A stretch of 64,000 nt of DNA, taken from an uncultured Gammaproteobacteria bacterium (GTDB lineage Bacteria > Patescibacteriota > Microgenomatia > Levybacterales > UBA12049). Within the stretch, counting starts at the first letter, position 1. Every line of letters begins with the position of its first letter. Shown piece after piece: positions 48,818-58,842 of the stretch. The stretch lies in contig CAZWXQ010000006.1 in assembly GCA_964637955.1 (NCBI GenBank), positions 26,926 to 90,925 of the forward strand, written 5' to 3'. The translations under genes were made by a program, and so were the position numbers. Under the pieces are notes generated by a model. That model did not search any database, was not told the origin of the DNA, and worked only from the letters and a program-made list of their open reading frames with translations.

Positions 48818-49034
48818 AAACGAATTATGATCTGAAGCAATTAAGAAGAATTGTGAAATATGTATGAGTTTTGTCGGAAAAGATGATTAAAAGAAAAATG
48901 CATACAGGAAAGGTGAAAATAGGGTTTGGGGAGGGGGCTAAATGAGCCGTCATTACTACCGCACTTGGGTAGACTAGACAGGTCAATGCTCCTCCCATTC
49001 CCTTACGCCTTCCTGACGCTCTTGACCCGCAGGT

Positions 49035-49910
49035 CTAGTGCGCCTTCACCGCGTTAACGGCTCGGATGAGTCGTGCGTTCTTGGGGCCACCATCCATGCG
49101 AGTTCGCATGAAGAGGTCATAGACCGCACGGTCGTAGATCGTCCTGTCTAGAACGAGCTTGAACTTCTTCGAAGACACCATCGAGCCGGGATCTCTGTGC
49201 GTGTAAGGCCAGGTGGACAGTTCATCGTTCGTGAACCAGTTTGTTGGATCGATGAACTCGATCGGCGGGCACGCGTGGGCGTAGCCGTACCGAACGATGC
49301 GGTCGCTGGTCAACTTGTCCTTGATCGTGTCCAGGCAGTAGGTGTCCGGGTATCCGGTCAGGTAGATGGCGATCTCCTTCAGCGTTGCCGTCGGAGACAA
49401 GAAGGGCGGTACGCCCAACATGAACCAGCCACCAGGCCGATTGAACCAGAGGACGAGACCCTCGTTGGCTGCGTAGAACAGCTCACCGCGGGAATACCTG
49501 CGTGAGATGCCGGGGGCTCCGAGTACCGCGTTGCGGTAGTTGAAGACCAGGTTCGGCATCTCGTCCGGTGCGTACCACGACGCGAAGCAGAAGTTGGCAT
49601 CGATGACGACGTTCTCGACCGTGACGGTCTTGAAGTCGCGCTTGATGCGCTTCTTCGGCTTGATCAGCGTGTCGCACAGCGCCGGATCGTCGTGGATGAC
49701 CAGGATCGGATGGCCACTCGTCAGTGTCACCTTCTGGACACCTCTTGCCACGTGGGCGCGGATTGTGTCGTTGGGTGTGCTGGCGCTAGCCACAGAACCG
49801 ACGATGAGGACCGCGGATGTCGCGATCAAGATCGAGGCTCCAAGCTTCCTGAGATTCACTGCGTTTCCTCCGAGTACTAGGCGATTCCTGAGACGGTTCG
49901 GCCTCGACAT
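49035..49910 (-). CDS. Secreted hypothetical protein (about 292 aa), high-GC island 4
   Basis: Start set at MSRPNRL... because the ORF-track ATG (50075) lies upstream of the predicted promoter. Signal peptide LGASILIATSAVLIVGSVASA. GC3-rich codons, several Cys. Confidence 0.6.
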   Translation of the reverse strand: MSRPNRLRNRLVLGGNAVNLRKLGASILIATSAVLIVGSVASASTPNDTIRAHVARGVQKVTLTSGHPILVIHDDPALCDTLIKPKKRIKRDFKTVTVENVVIDANFCFASWYAPDEMPNLVFNYRNAVLGAPGISRRYSRGELFYAANEGLVLWFNRPGGWFMLGVPPFLSPTATLKEIAIYLTGYPDTYCLDTIKDKLTSDRIVRYGYAHACPPIEFIDPTNWFTNDELSTWPYTHRDPGSMVSSKKFKLVLDRTIYDRAVYDLFMRTRMDGGPKNARLIRAVNAVKAH

Positions 49911-50034
49911 CAGTCGATGACGAACTCTTTCCTGTATGCGAATTGAAATGTGCTGTCGCGAGCATCTTTTTTCTCTGTCGATGTTTTCTCCAGATGAGCT
50001 TTGCAAAAAAGCGAGATTCTTTTGACGGCTGACA

Positions 50035-50062
50035 TTATACCATAAAAAGTGTGACACATCAA
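50035..50062 (-). promoter_or_regulatory. Sigma70-like promoter (TTGATG-16-TGGTATAAT, extended -10) on minus strand driving island-4 gene
   Basis: Read on minus strand: TTGATGtgtcacactttttaTGgTATAAT. Lies in the AT-rich gap shared with argS. Confidence 0.45.
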
Positions 50063-50107
50063 AACTATAGGTCAATAATTCAAGGCTAAAATGTTATATG
50101 ATACAAT

Positions 50108-51790
50108 TTGTTTATGAAAATAAAAGAAGAGTTAGAAAAGAAGCTTTCAGAAATTGTTTCTGAGCTTGTAGGTCAAGAAATTGAAGCACAGGTTTCTATT
50201 CCAAACGACCTTTCTAAGGGAGATTTTACATCAAATATCGCCATGAGGCTTGCTGGAAAAATGGGGAGCCCAATGGAGGCAGGAGAGAAGATAGTCGAGA
50301 AACTTCGCGAGGATAAGGATTTATATTCCAAATTTACCAAGATCGAACTTGTGAACCCAGGATTTATAAATTTCTTTATTTCCCATGAATTAATATTTGA
50401 TTCTGTTGCTAAAGCGTTGAAGGGATTTGAGAACGATGTAGCCAAGGCGAGCATAATTATGGAGTTTGGAGACCTCAATCCTTTTAAAGAGCCTCATATT
50501 GGGCACATCAGAAACTTTACTTTAGGTGAAGCTTTATCGAGACTGTTTGAATTTACTGGCAATAAGGTTTTTAGAGTAAATTATGAAGGTGATGTAGGTA
50601 TGCATGTGGCTAAATCTATTTGGGGAATTAGAAAGTCTGGCGAGTTTGAAAAAGTATCAGGGGAAGATTTGGAAGCTCGAGCAAAATTTTTAGGTAAATG
50701 CTACGCCTCAGGCGCAAAGGCTTTTGAAGAAGATGAGGTTGCAAAGAAAGAAATTGTGGCTATAAATAAAAAGGTTTATGAAAAAGACCCAGAAATTATA
50801 GAGATTTGGGAAATTGGAAGAGCATGGAGCCTTGAGTATTTCGAAGGGCTTTATAAAAGGGTTGGAGTGAAATATGAAAATTATTATTTCGAGTCAGAAA
50901 TTGCAGAGCAGGGGAAAAAGATCGTTTTGGAAAATCCTGATGTTTTTGAAAATGATAACGGGTCATATATTTTTCGGGGTGAAAAATTTGGATTACATAC
51001 CAGAGTTTTTATAAACAGCGAGGGAAATCCTATTTATGAAGCGAAGGATTTGGGGTTGGCTTTTGCGAAAAATCGAGATTTTCCAAATGTCGATAAATCG
51101 ATAATTATGACGGCAAATGAACAAGCTGATTACTTCAAAGTTTTGATAAAAGCGTTGGGAGAAGTGGATGAAAAAATCGCCGAAAAAACTGCTCATTTAT
51201 CATATGGTTTTATAGATCTTAAGGAAGGGAAAATGTCGTCGAGAAGTGGAAATGTAGTGTCTGGTTTTTGGTTACTTGATGAAACAAAAAAAAGATTAAA
51301 AGAAGGGTTTAAAGAGGTCTCAGACGACGTCGCAGAAGATTTAGCTATCGGAGCAGTAAAATGGTCAATGCTTAAGTTTTCACGGGAATCTAACATTAAG
51401 TTCTCGATAGAAGAAAGCATTGATTTGGCAGGCAATTCAGGTCCGTATATTCAGTATACATACGCTCGAATTTCGTCAATTATTTCTAAATCCTCAAAAA
51501 GCGATATAGCCTCAATTTCCGTGAAAAATTACCCCCCAGAATTGCTAGCACTAGGCCGACTTGTTTGCCAATTTGAAAGTGTTGTAAAAACCGCTAAAGA
51601 CCATTTTTCGCCAAACTTTTTAACAGAATATCTGTTTGTTCTCGCCCAAAACTTTAATGCGTTTTATGAAAAGGAAAAGATCATTGGGAGTGAAAATGAA
51701 AGTGAAAAATTGGCGGTAAGTTTGGCAGTAAAAAATGTAATAGGAAAGGGTTTGAATTTACTAGGAATTAATACCCCGGAGAAGATCTAG
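50108..51790 (+). CDS. argS: Arginyl-tRNA synthetase
   Basis: HIGH motif (PHIGHIRN), KMSK-type motif (KMSSRSGN), C-terminal DALR anticodon-binding region. Confidence 0.9.
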   Translation: MFMKIKEELEKKLSEIVSELVGQEIEAQVSIPNDLSKGDFTSNIAMRLAGKMGSPMEAGEKIVEKLREDKDLYSKFTKIELVNPGFINFFISHELIFDSVAKALKGFENDVAKASIIMEFGDLNPFKEPHIGHIRNFTLGEALSRLFEFTGNKVFRVNYEGDVGMHVAKSIWGIRKSGEFEKVSGEDLEARAKFLGKCYASGAKAFEEDEVAKKEIVAINKKVYEKDPEIIEIWEIGRAWSLEYFEGLYKRVGVKYENYYFESEIAEQGKKIVLENPDVFENDNGSYIFRGEKFGLHTRVFINSEGNPIYEAKDLGLAFAKNRDFPNVDKSIIMTANEQADYFKVLIKALGEVDEKIAEKTAHLSYGFIDLKEGKMSSRSGNVVSGFWLLDETKKRLKEGFKEVSDDVAEDLAIGAVKWSMLKFSRESNIKFSIEESIDLAGNSGPYIQYTYARISSIISKSSKSDIASISVKNYPPELLALGRLVCQFESVVKTAKDHFSPNFLTEYLFVLAQNFNAFYEKEKIIGSENESEKLAVSLAVKNVIGKGLNLLGINTPEKI

Positions 51791-51826
51791 TTTGACTTCT
51801 AAATCTACAAGTCGTAGCATAAAATT

Positions 51827-53086
51827 ATGCATAAACTTCGTTCGGAAAGAGGATTTTTCTTATCAGGAATTTTGCTTGGAGCAGGAGCGATACTGGTTAT
51901 GGGGGTCATGTTTGTGATTGTTTTGAGAAGTTTTTTGTCCAGCCGCTCTCTAGCTTGGCGATCAGACTTTCAGAAAGGTTGTTCGTGGAAGTCCCCAGAT
52001 GTATCGAATAAGAAATCTATCTGCGGTGAGCATATTTACCAATATGATTCTGGGGATAATCTTGTCAATATTGTTACGCATTCAGGTTATAACGATTTAT
52101 ATTCAATATCTAAGGATACAGGTAATTTGATTTGGAACACATCTGTTTTAAGTGCTTTTTATAAGCAAGATGGCTCAATTTATCCAAATAACAACAAGGA
52201 TTCATTTAAATCTTTTAACAATAAAATTTACTTGTTCGGAATAAGTAGAGTAACCGCTTTAAGTTCAGACACAGGTGAGCAAATAAATTCGGTAATATTT
52301 CCATTTCATACAAGTTCAGATGCCGTATTGGAAGATGAAAAATTTCTAATCGTAAGTGATGAAGGAAAATTATATGAAATAGATCCAGAGACTTTATCAT
52401 ATAGTCAAAAGGGAGATTTGCCCTATTGGGATAAAGAGATCCCGAAAATGAAAGTGGATGGAAATATTATTTACTACATAGGTGATCCTAATCAAGATCA
52501 GCATTATGATAGTAAGTTTATGGCTTTTGATTTTGTAAACAAAAAATTGATTTGGGCAATTGATAATGTTCCTCAGGATTTAGGTGGGTCACCAATGGAT
52601 GATAAATATATATATGTTTTTAGTAATGATCAAGTTTTTGCCTTAAATAAAGAAGCAGGTGAGTTAGCATGGTCAATACATGCAAATGAAAATAATCCTC
52701 GCATGAACAGTAATCCTATGCTCATAGCTCTTTCTAAAAACAATATAGTAGCTGCATTTGATGATAAAATAAACGTATTAGATAAATACTCCGGTAATGT
52801 TGTCAATTCATTTCCAGAGGACGGTGAAGTTGCTAGTGCATTAAAAATAGACAATGACATAATGTATATTTTATATATCAATTTAGATCATGCTTTCGAT
52901 GGTGTGTCGAAAAGTTGGGTAGTGGCACAAGATATTAATACTGGAAAAGAAATAGCAAAATTCAGTTACGGTAAAACCGGTATTGATAGCATATTTTCAG
53001 ACCCCATAATAGGTGATAGTTATATCTATGCGATATGCAGACGCCAGGCATGTGCATTTAAGAAGCCTCAGATAACTAATGAATAG
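51827..53086 (+). CDS. Membrane-anchored PQQ-like beta-propeller repeat protein
   Basis: N-terminal TM, then repeated ...NLIWNTSVL / KLIWAIDNV / GELAWSIHAN motifs. Confidence 0.55.
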   Translation: MHKLRSERGFFLSGILLGAGAILVMGVMFVIVLRSFLSSRSLAWRSDFQKGCSWKSPDVSNKKSICGEHIYQYDSGDNLVNIVTHSGYNDLYSISKDTGNLIWNTSVLSAFYKQDGSIYPNNNKDSFKSFNNKIYLFGISRVTALSSDTGEQINSVIFPFHTSSDAVLEDEKFLIVSDEGKLYEIDPETLSYSQKGDLPYWDKEIPKMKVDGNIIYYIGDPNQDQHYDSKFMAFDFVNKKLIWAIDNVPQDLGGSPMDDKYIYVFSNDQVFALNKEAGELAWSIHANENNPRMNSNPMLIALSKNNIVAAFDDKINVLDKYSGNVVNSFPEDGEVASALKIDNDIMYILYINLDHAFDGVSKSWVVAQDINTGKEIAKFSYGKTGIDSIFSDPIIGDSYIYAICRRQACAFKKPQITNE

Positions 53087-53128
53087 CTACTAGTTTTAAT
53101 TTAAATTTAAACATGCTAGAATTCTTTC

Positions 53129-54427
53129 ATGAAATTTAATAAGAAAGTTCTTCCAAATGGCCTCACTGTAATTTCTGTCCCAATGCCCTCATTTGAATCT
53201 GCAACAGCTCTTATTATGGTTGGAGCAGGTAGTCGCTACGAAACTCATAAGAACAATGGTATTTCTCATTTCCTAGAGCACATGGCCTTTAAAGGGACCA
53301 AGACGCGCCCCACATATCTAGAAATTGCAGGCCTGATCGATGGAATTGGTGGCGAATTCAACGCATTTACCTCTAAGGAATACACTGGGTATTATGTTAA
53401 GGCTGGAAAAAATAATGTTGAGGTCATAACTGATCTTCTTTCAGATATGATTCAGAATTCACTTCTTGATTCAGCCGAGATTGAAAAGGAAAAAGGAGTA
53501 ATAATTGAAGAAATCAATTTATATGAAGATACTCCAATGAGGCATATAGGTGATATTTTTGAAAGACTTCTTTACGGAGATACTCCGCTTGGCTGGGATA
53601 CGGCAGGGGAAAAGGATATTATTAAGTCTCTGAAGCGTGAAGATTTTGTAGATTACATGAAATCACTATATAGCCCTGATAATATTACTATTATCTTCGC
53701 AGGTGGAATTGAGAGTAAGGCAGTTGAGAAGCTTGCTTTTAAATATTTGGGCACTCTTAAGAAATCAAAGACAGCAAAAGCACTTCCAATTAAAGAGGAT
53801 CAGTCTAAGCCAGTTGCAGCTATAAAGCATAAGGTTACAGAGCAGGCTCATCTTGCTCTTGGAGTAAGAACTGTTTCTTTGGATTCACATGACAGATATC
53901 CGCTTTCAGTTTTAGCTTCAATTTTAGGTGGGGGAATGAGTTCTAGATTGTTCTCAGAGGTTCGTGAGAAAAGAGGACTTGCTTACTATGTACGAGCTTC
54001 ATCTGATCATTATGCAGATGCAGGTTCATTAGTCGTTACAGCTGGAGTTGATCCTAAGAGAATATTTGAAGCCGTTGAAGTAATAATTGCCGAGTTAGCT
54101 AATCTTAGAGATGAGAAAAAGCCTATTTCTAAAGAAGAGCTAAGAAAAGCGAAAGAATATATTAAAGGGCACTTGGTTTTGGAACTTGAAGATAGTCGAA
54201 GTGTATCAATATACTACGCAACACAACAAATATTAGAAAAAGATATCGATAATCCAGAAGAAGTATTGAAAAAAGTTGACGCAGTGACAATAGATGATAT
54301 ATTGCGAGTTAGTAAAAAATATTTAGTAAGTAAAACTTTGAACTTTGCAGTAATTGGTAATTTTGGAAAAGATAAAAAGACTGAAGACGAAAATAAGAAA
54401 AAGTTTGAAAAACTCCTTAAGCTCTAA
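53129..54427 (+). CDS. M16 family (insulinase/pitrilysin-like) zinc peptidase
   Basis: HxxEH motif HFLEHMAFKGT, downstream Glu region. Confidence 0.85.
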   Translation: MKFNKKVLPNGLTVISVPMPSFESATALIMVGAGSRYETHKNNGISHFLEHMAFKGTKTRPTYLEIAGLIDGIGGEFNAFTSKEYTGYYVKAGKNNVEVITDLLSDMIQNSLLDSAEIEKEKGVIIEEINLYEDTPMRHIGDIFERLLYGDTPLGWDTAGEKDIIKSLKREDFVDYMKSLYSPDNITIIFAGGIESKAVEKLAFKYLGTLKKSKTAKALPIKEDQSKPVAAIKHKVTEQAHLALGVRTVSLDSHDRYPLSVLASILGGGMSSRLFSEVREKRGLAYYVRASSDHYADAGSLVVTAGVDPKRIFEAVEVIIAELANLRDEKKPISKEELRKAKEYIKGHLVLELEDSRSVSIYYATQQILEKDIDNPEEVLKKVDAVTIDDILRVSKKYLVSKTLNFAVIGNFGKDKKTEDENKKKFEKLLKL

Positions 54428-55239
54428 ACTATCCTCATTCTAGGGGTTCCGATTCCAAGTTTTCTAGTATAGATTATTCCATTTCCCAGGTGAATTTCTT
54501 TTCCTTCTCTTAATCCATCAATCTGTCTTTTCATTTTTTCTGATAAGACAAAACCGGCTCTTTCAAAAATTGCTGAATAAGCAGAGTTAGAACTTACAGG
54601 AACAAATAGAAGATCATTTCCTCTTAAAAGACTTGGGTATTTAGCTTGAATTTCTCTAGCTGCTTTGATTTCTTGTATTTTTTCATTTTCATAACGCTGT
54701 TGAGTGCTCATTTCTGGAACTAAGTCATTAGTTGCTGTCAAATGTGCTTTAATAATTCCTCTTTGAAGTCTAGCGATTAGCAAATCTAGTCTACCTCTTC
54801 CTTCTGGAGATCTTAAATCTAATTCAGTTGAATATCCTTCTGCAGTAGTGAGGTCCGCGCTTGTAAAATCGGTGTGTCTGTCTGGAAATTTGAGAAATTC
54901 TAAAAATGCCTGATCATTAGTATGCAGAGTGAGCCTGCTAATTGTATCATAGGATTTAGCTATGCTTCCATCTGCTTGCATTCCAGTTACTTGATATGTT
55001 CCATCAGGGAGTCTAGTTGCAGATGTCCCGTGGTCAAGTTTAATCGCAGGATAAGTTAACAAAACGTCAGCAAGAGATCTTAAGTGTTGTGCTTGTGTTG
55101 ATAAATCAATATCGACTCTAGGTGCTGGTTCAGGAAATCCTACTCCAGATTCAACGGGCGCTGCGGAACTTGGCATTAAGGCGCGATCTCTCTTTCCAAA
55201 CAAAGCTGGTAATCTTGATAAAGATAATTCAGGTCTCAT
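54424..55239 (-). CDS. Hypothetical protein (possible GNAT-fold C-terminal region)
   Basis: 271 aa. C-terminal ...AYSAIFERAGFVL weakly GNAT-like. 4-nt convergent overlap with the M16 gene. Confidence 0.45.
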   Translation of the reverse strand: MRPELSLSRLPALFGKRDRALMPSSAAPVESGVGFPEPAPRVDIDLSTQAQHLRSLADVLLTYPAIKLDHGTSATRLPDGTYQVTGMQADGSIAKSYDTISRLTLHTNDQAFLEFLKFPDRHTDFTSADLTTAEGYSTELDLRSPEGRGRLDLLIARLQRGIIKAHLTATNDLVPEMSTQQRYENEKIQEIKAAREIQAKYPSLLRGNDLLFVPVSSNSAYSAIFERAGFVLSEKMKRQIDGLREGKEIHLGNGIIYTRKLGIGTPRMRIV

Positions 55240-55347
55240 AGTAAGCGCGAATTATATCAAAATATATCAAAATGTCAAATTTGGGAAGTCAACGTGCATA
55301 AGATCTATTTCTTTTTAATGTTTAATGATAACTCATAGTTAACTATT

Positions 55348-57234
55348 TTGTTACAGTTTGTGCCGTTGCTTTTATTCCAAAAGAATTTGTATAGTGGAAT
55401 GGCTAAAAGGATGTCGGCAGAAATAAAGCCAGGGCTTAATCCAGATCAATTAAGTGCGCAAAGTGAGGTTTTATTACCTGATGCGATCGTAAGACAAGAA
55501 ATGATTTCTCCTCTTGAAGAAGAAGCTCCTCCTGAACATTGTGGAATTGTGGTAATAATTCCCAAAGAGCCCAAAAAGCTTCTTGATACGCTATACCTGG
55601 CGGGAAGTGGGGTTGCTCATAGAGGTTCAGATAATGGAGTTGGGTTATTATCGATTGGAGGAGATAAGCTTAAATTAATTCATGCTGAAGGAACTTATCA
55701 GCAGGCATTATCCGCCTCACTGACAAGCGAAACTACTTTAAATGGTAATGTCCATGTCCAAAGACTTAAGCGTGAAAGTATAATGGCTGGGCTTGATGAA
55801 GTTTCTGAGTTATCTGCAGTTCATGTAAGATATGGTACGGCTGGAGATTACTCCGTAGATAATGATCAGCCAAGTCTTGAAATTGCCTCTGATAATACTG
55901 AAGTAAGCGTTTCTCATAATGGTGAATATCCGGGTGCTGAAAAAATTAGAGCAAAAATTAGAGGTGAAGTTTCCCCAGAAGCAAGCGATACGATTTTAAT
56001 CACAAAGCTGTTGGCGCAGGAAATCGGTTACGGTGCAGGGCAAGGAGTATCTCTTGGAGAAAATTGGGATCGGGCTTTTAAAAAAGTATTTGAGGAAAAT
56101 CCTGGAGCCGCAGCCCAATTCACTTTTCTTAGAGATCCAAAAACTAATTATTGGAGAGCATATTTTTCTAGAGATATGGATGGAATTAGACCCATGATTG
56201 AGGGCAATACAGCCGAGGGAGATTTGATATTTGCCTCAGAAACTGTTGCTATGGATGAGATTGGTGGAAGTGTGGTTAGGTCACTAAGAGCAGGGGAGAT
56301 CACAAGCGTTGATAGTAATGGGCAAAAAAATATCTTGAGAGAAGGTCAACTTGTTCAAAATTCATCAGGAATTCTTTCTCAAAAAGAAGTTGAGAGGCTT
56401 TGTGTAATGGAAAAGATCTATTTTGGTCGCCCTGATTCACTTGAGCCAAATCCTTTTACAGATCCTTCCGAATGGAGATCTTATGGACAGATAAGAGATT
56501 CAATTGGTGCGCGTCTTGCAGAGCTCTACGGTGATCAAGTTGACTTGGATTTTGTGGTAGGTGTTCCTAAATCAGGAATTCCATATGCGGAGGGTTTTTC
56601 TAGGCAATCACGCGTGCCTTATCAAGGGATAATTATTCACGATTTAAATATGAGAGTTTTTATGCAGGATCAGCATAGAAGTGCAATGCGAGCTCTTGCA
56701 AGAAGTAAATTTAAAATAGACAAAAGAGACATACTGAAAGGAGCAAGAGTGGGTGTCTTTGATGATACTTTGATTCGTGGAACTGAGGCTCCAGCTATAA
56801 TTAATCTTCTTAAAGATGCAGGAGCATCACAGGTAGATTTATTTCTTGGATATACGCCATATAATCACACCTGTCATCTAGGAATGAGCACTAGAAATTA
56901 TACTGAGCTTGCAGGACATAGATTGGGACTTGATCCTTATAATCCAGATACACAGGCTTTATCTAAAGAAATCGGTGCTCATAAAACATTTTTTCTTCCA
57001 CCAGCAGACCTAATTGAATTAACTTCGCTTCCTGGGCATGAATTTAAGCGCCCTAATGATCCAACTGAGATAACTTTGGCAAATGACCAATGTGGAGGCT
57101 GTATTTTTGGCAACTATCCTGTGGATAAAGATGGGGAGCGGCAATCTGCAAGATCTTCATTAACAGTATTGGATAGAGCGGATTTCAGGAGGTTTAGAGA
57201 CCCTAATTTTCCTGAGTTTGTTCACGCAAAATAG
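55348..57234 (+). CDS. Amidophosphoribosyltransferase (PurF)-like: class II Gln amidotransferase + PRTase domain, with ~64-aa N-terminal extension before the nucleophile Cys
   Basis: EHCGIVVII Ntn-type Cys. PRTase loop VGVFDDTLIRGTE and DFVVGVPKSGIPYAEGF. Confidence 0.6.
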   Translation: MLQFVPLLLFQKNLYSGMAKRMSAEIKPGLNPDQLSAQSEVLLPDAIVRQEMISPLEEEAPPEHCGIVVIIPKEPKKLLDTLYLAGSGVAHRGSDNGVGLLSIGGDKLKLIHAEGTYQQALSASLTSETTLNGNVHVQRLKRESIMAGLDEVSELSAVHVRYGTAGDYSVDNDQPSLEIASDNTEVSVSHNGEYPGAEKIRAKIRGEVSPEASDTILITKLLAQEIGYGAGQGVSLGENWDRAFKKVFEENPGAAAQFTFLRDPKTNYWRAYFSRDMDGIRPMIEGNTAEGDLIFASETVAMDEIGGSVVRSLRAGEITSVDSNGQKNILREGQLVQNSSGILSQKEVERLCVMEKIYFGRPDSLEPNPFTDPSEWRSYGQIRDSIGARLAELYGDQVDLDFVVGVPKSGIPYAEGFSRQSRVPYQGIIIHDLNMRVFMQDQHRSAMRALARSKFKIDKRDILKGARVGVFDDTLIRGTEAPAIINLLKDAGASQVDLFLGYTPYNHTCHLGMSTRNYTELAGHRLGLDPYNPDTQALSKEIGAHKTFFLPPADLIELTSLPGHEFKRPNDPTEITLANDQCGGCIFGNYPVDKDGERQSARSSLTVLDRADFRRFRDPNFPEFVHAK

Positions 57235-57274
57235 CTATTTACTATTTTCCGTTTTCCAATTACAATATGAATCT

Positions 57275-57736
57275 ATGAACAGAAGCGTTGTAATAGTAAA
57301 GCCAGATGGAGTCCAAAGAGGACTTATCGGTGAAATCATCCACAGATTTGAAAGAAAAGGATTGAAATTAGTTGCATGCAAAATGATCGCGCTTGAAGAT
57401 GCACTGCTTGAGCAGTGGTATGTTCATCATAAAGATAAGCCATTTTTCCCAGGCTTGAAGTCGTATATGCAATCATATCCAGTTGTAGCTATGGTTTGGG
57501 AGGGATATGAGGCTGTTCCAGCTATACGAGCTATGCTTGGTGTTACAAAGTCTCGAGAAGCAGCTCCAGGAACTATAAGAGGAGATTTCGGAATGAGTCA
57601 GCAATATAATCTCATTCATGCTTCAGAGAACAGTGAAGCTGCAGAAAAAGAAATTGGACTTATGTTTGATGATTCTGAAATTTTCGAATGGGAGAGAACA
57701 GAAGCAGAACACGTTTATCTCCCAGACGAGAAGTAG
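57275..57736 (+). CDS. ndk: Nucleoside diphosphate kinase
   Basis: MNRSVVIVKPDGVQRGLIGEIIHRFERKGLKLVA; catalytic His region LIHASENSEAAEKEI. Start moved to internal Met. Confidence 0.85.
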   Translation: MNRSVVIVKPDGVQRGLIGEIIHRFERKGLKLVACKMIALEDALLEQWYVHHKDKPFFPGLKSYMQSYPVVAMVWEGYEAVPAIRAMLGVTKSREAAPGTIRGDFGMSQQYNLIHASENSEAAEKEIGLMFDDSEIFEWERTEAEHVYLPDEK

Positions 57737-58312
57737 TTAATTTTCTTCAGGTTTTACGCTAGGCTTTAATTTCAGATTGTGATTTAAGACTCTTTCAATA
57801 ACATTAACAGGCCATATGTTTGAGCCTTCAAATATGTCAGTATCACTTTCATCTGTAAAAATTCTTAAATTAGTTAACTCTGAATAAATAACAGCATTTT
57901 CCTCACTTATATCCCAGTTTTTATAATATTGCGGAGTTCTTGCCCAAAGAATAAGATTTAGGAGCGATTCTGTTTCTCTTGGTAAAGCCCACTGTGTAAG
58001 CATGTCATCTCTGTAATATGAATCATGACCTTGTTGTTGTTCAGAGTGAGATTTTTCTCTTCTTTCGTATCCTAGCTTTAAAGCTTCACCTAGCTCAACT
58101 ATCTTATCCCAATACTCTGGCATAGACTGGGCTAATCTATTCCAATCGCTTGGAGAAAGTTCCTGAGGATTATAAACTTCATTATTTTCATCAAAAGGTA
58201 TATAGCTTAAGACAATGTTCGCATCTCGTCCTCTTTTTTCGATGTATTCATCTTCGACATGCGGGGCATAGTAAACATCATAATCATGCTCTAGTCTGTT
58301 TTTTACTGGCAT
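57737..58312 (-). CDS. Hypothetical protein (191 aa)
   Basis: No recognised domain. Abuts the ndk stop. Confidence 0.5.
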   Translation of the reverse strand: MPVKNRLEHDYDVYYAPHVEDEYIEKRGRDANIVLSYIPFDENNEVYNPQELSPSDWNRLAQSMPEYWDKIVELGEALKLGYERREKSHSEQQQGHDSYYRDDMLTQWALPRETESLLNLILWARTPQYYKNWDISEENAVIYSELTNLRIFTDESDTDIFEGSNIWPVNVIERVLNHNLKLKPSVKPEEN

Positions 58313-58321
58313 GTGTGGATA

Positions 58322-58777
58322 TTACTTTTGTTTTTGTGTCTCGTCAACAGTGGTATTGTGTCTGATTTTTTTAAGATCTGAAATGCCAATTAAGAATAGA
58401 ATTGATATGCAAAATTCAGTGACTAGGCAGTACTGGCAAAATTCTTTTATTACAGCTGCTTGGAGGAAGAGAAAATAGCTGGAGATAATCATGCCTGAAA
58501 AAACTAATAATAAATAAATTTTATATATTGATGTCTTAAAGCCAGAAAAAAGTAAAGTTGAGAGTGCCAAGGTCGTAGCATAAAATAATACTCCTACTAG
58601 AGAAACAGGGATGCCCATTATTTCTGCATATTTACTTGTAAGGACTACTTCACAGCCTGAGAAGGTGCATGGGGGAATGGTATTCTGAAAATGGAGAATT
58701 GTTAGATATGATGAGATGAAGAACGCCATGAGAGAGAAAATTAATCCGTAAAAATATTTATTTTTTAGTAGGCTCAT
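58322..58777 (-). CDS. Vitamin K epoxide reductase (VKOR)-family membrane oxidoreductase
   Basis: 4-5 TM helices. CTFSGC loop Cys pair and CQYC active-site motif. Confidence 0.75.
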   Translation of the reverse strand: MSLLKNKYFYGLIFSLMAFFISSYLTILHFQNTIPPCTFSGCEVVLTSKYAEIMGIPVSLVGVLFYATTLALSTLLFSGFKTSIYKIYLLLVFSGMIISSYFLFLQAAVIKEFCQYCLVTEFCISILFLIGISDLKKIRHNTTVDETQKQK

Positions 58778-58842
58778 TAATAAAATAGATTATATCTAAT
58801 CTCTAATAAATAAATGTGATCAATATCATTAAGACTTGTGAT

